From NCBI GenBank assembly GCA_004431415.1, contig QPMI01000328.1, positions 1 through 62,969 of the forward strand: a stretch of DNA of 62,969 nt, read 5' to 3'. The translations under genes were made by a program, and so were the position numbers. Of the stretch, positions 60,601 through 62,969 are shown one piece after another (position 1 is the first letter of the stretch; each line of letters starts with the position of its first letter). Below the pieces are notes generated by a model. That model was given only the letters and a program-made list of their open reading frames with translations. It did not search any database and had not been told where the DNA came from. This DNA comes from Cyanophora paradoxa CCMP329 (Eukaryota; Plantae; Glaucophyta).

Positions 60601-62841
60601 GGCAGCCGTCGTGCGACTTCCTCGCCCCGCTCCCCGCCCCGGAGCGCCGCGCCCTCCGAAGGGCCGTCGTCGAGGCCGTCCTCGTGCGCCCCGCCCCACG
60701 CCCCTCCCCACGCGGCCGGGCGCTGAGGCGGGCCCGGGGCGTGGCGGCGCGCAGGCGACGGACATCTCGAAGCACTTCGAGACGGTGAAGACAAAGAAGC
60801 TGCCCCTCGGAAGGGAGAACAAACTGACGGGGCGATCAGGTGGGGGCGCTGAAGGCGCACGTCCACGGCGCCTCCGCCAAGCTCGAGGAGCCGCAGGCCG
60901 GCGCCCCCGCCCCGCTGCGCCCCGCCGTCGCCCGCTCAGCCCCGCCCAGGTCCTCGTCAACGCCCTCCTCAAGTGCGGCGACCTCGCCAACGCCGCCCGG
61001 CCCTCGGGCGTCTACTTCCGCTGGGCCGACTGGGTCATGCAGGCTCGCCCCTCCGGCCCTCGCCGCCCCCCCCCAGCCGCCGCGCCCTCACTGCGCTCCT
61101 CCCGCAGGAGTTCTACGAGCAGGGGGACGACGAGAAGAGGCTCGGGCTCCCCGTCAGCCCCTGGTCCGCCCCCCGGCCCCACGCCCCCACGCCCCCACGC
61201 CGATCCCGCCGGCCGCCAGGATGGATCGGGAGAAGCCGCAGGTTCCCCTCTGCCAGATGTGCGCTCCGCCCCGCCCCGCCCCGCCGGCCCTCGCACCGGG
61301 GGGGATTCCGACGCTCGCGGCGCAGCGGCTTCATCGACTTCGTCGTGGTGAGAGGGGCGCACGCGCACGCGCCCGAGGCGAGGAGGAGCGGCGCGCCTCT
61401 GACCCGGGCCCCGGCAGGACCCCCTCTACTCCGCCTTCGCCGCCCTCTTCCCCGACTTCCAGGCCCGCGCCGCCCCGCGCCGCGCCCCGCCGCCCCGCGC
61501 AGAGGCCCCGCGCCCCGCAGACGCACCTCAACATCGTCAAGAGCAACCGCGCGCACTGGAAGCGGGCGCGCACCCGCTCCTGCGCCTCCTTGTCGCGCTG
61601 CCTGACGGGCGGGGCGCGGGCGGGGCAGGCGACGGAGACGGGGGCGGGGCTCGGCCTCTCCTCCGCCATCCAGTCGGCGGTGGCGAGCCCCACCAGGTGC
61701 CGCCGAGGAGGGGAGAGGCGTCGGTGGCGGGGTGGCGGGCGGCTGAGCGCCGGGGCGCAGCGGCCCGGTGTCGATGCGGAGGCGGAGCACGCCCGGGGCG
61801 GGGGAGCAGAGCGCGAGCGGCAAGAGCCTCGGGGCGTCGCTGGCGGCGGCGGCGGCGGCGCGGGCGCTGAGCCGGGGCCCGGGCCCCGCCGGCCACCACC
61901 CGGCATCGCCGGCCTCGCCGGCGCACAGCCTCATCCCCTCCATCGCCATGCTCACGCGCTTCTCCAGCCCCACCGTGCCCCCGCCACCGCCCCGCCCGCC
62001 CCGGCGAGCCCTGAGGCGCGCCGCCCCGCAGACCTCCCCCAAGATGGCGGGCGCCGCCGGCCCGCCGGCCCCGCCGTCCTCGCCCCTGCCCTCTCCATCC
62101 CGCAGATCGGGCCCCGCGGGTGCGCGTTGCCGGCCGGCCGGCAGGGGCGCTGCTGAGGGCCGGGGGCGGGCGCAGGCGATTATGGAGGAGCTGGACCTCT
62201 CCGCCCTCCAGGGGCCCCCGCCCGCCCCCGCCCCCGCCCCGCCCCCTGAGGCCGCCGGCATCGCCGACTCCCTCCCGCCCCCGGAGCGCCGGCACGCGCC
62301 CTCGGCGCCGCCCCTGCCGCCCCTCGCCATCCCGGGGCGCCTGCAGGAGGAGTCTCCAGGGGCGCGCCACGGCTCCCCGACCCCGACCAAGTCCGCCCTC
62401 CGCTCGTCCCTCTCGATGCGCTCCGCGGGGCCGCGGGCCTCGCCGCACGAGTCGGTGCCGGGGCCGCCCGAGGGCAACTCCCCCGACGACAGCGCGTGCG
62501 TGCCCCGCCCCGCGCCCCCGCCCCTGAGCTGACGGCGCGCGGGGGGCAGGCGCCGCGCCTCCGTCGCGTTCGGGCGCGGGACGTGCGCCACTTCGACGGC
62601 GGGGAGGCGCCCGTCGCCGTCTCCGCGGGGGCCGGCACTCGGCGCGCGCCTCCCCGTGGGGGCCTCGCGGGGCCCCCATGGCCAGCAGCCTCGGGCCGCC
62701 AGTCCCGGCCAGGCCGACTTCTCCCTCCCGCCATCCCTAGCGCCCCGGCCCGCCCCGCGCCCCGCCCTAGGCCTCTCGCCTCCCCCGCCCCCCCCGCCCA
62801 CCTCCGCTCTCGTGCATCCTTTGGCCTCGCTTATAAATTAG
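57398..62841 (+). CDS. Membrane-anchored class I 3',5'-cyclic nucleotide phosphodiesterase (3' end approximate)
   Basis: Spliced YHNA|THAADV, HDMGHEGRNNNF, VL|ENYH, L|ATDISKH, LKCGDLAN, EFYEQGD, QI|GFIDFVV; several N-terminal TM segments and a coiled coil. Confidence 0.93.
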
Positions 62842-62969
62842 TCGCTCGGTTTCGTGTTTCGGGGCTTCTCTTAGTCTATTGTGGCTGCGTTTTCATTAAT
62901 GACTCTCCTCTATTCATAGTGAGCGCCCTGCTAGAAGCGTGTATTGCGTCTCGATTGAAAACTCTGGAC

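Noticed and set aside
135-62841. Hundreds of long Arg/Gly/Pro/Ala-rich ORFs on both strands, suggesting overlapping genes
   Set aside because: Expected from very high GC content and stop-poor introns; real proteins appear only after splicing.

Overview
GC-rich eukaryotic nuclear DNA with very many short (~45-90 nt) spliceosomal introns, so most long six-frame ORFs are GC-bias artefacts. The intron style, an RWP-RK gene and a plastid-type presequence suggest an alga, possibly a glaucophyte such as Cyanophora (inference only). About ten intron-rich host genes are present: a partial TmcB-like membrane protein, an RWP-RK factor, an alpha/beta hydrolase, a SIZ1/PIAS SUMO ligase, a cN-II 5'-nucleotidase, a membrane class I phosphodiesterase and four proteins of uncertain function. 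AT-rich intergenic islands carry MITEs, excision footprints and palindrome clusters. The centre (31.6-50.1 kb) is a head-to-tail pair of Helentron-like elements carrying a ~149-bp satellite, interrupted by a 14.2-kb Ty3/Gypsy element with apparently identical 283-bp LTRs and a GGGGG TSD. This element is the best candidate for something new. It has (1) a 25-nt PBS whose geometry fits selenocysteine tRNA, (2) three anti-PBS repeats in its 3' UTR, and (3) a ~11.8-kb coding region with ~4.4 kb of unrecognisable coding sequence where the protease should be. A second notable feature is the splicing system: frequent GC donors with a GYSCGC consensus, C-tract/G-tract self-complementary introns and microexons. 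Gene boundaries were traced by eye and are approximate.
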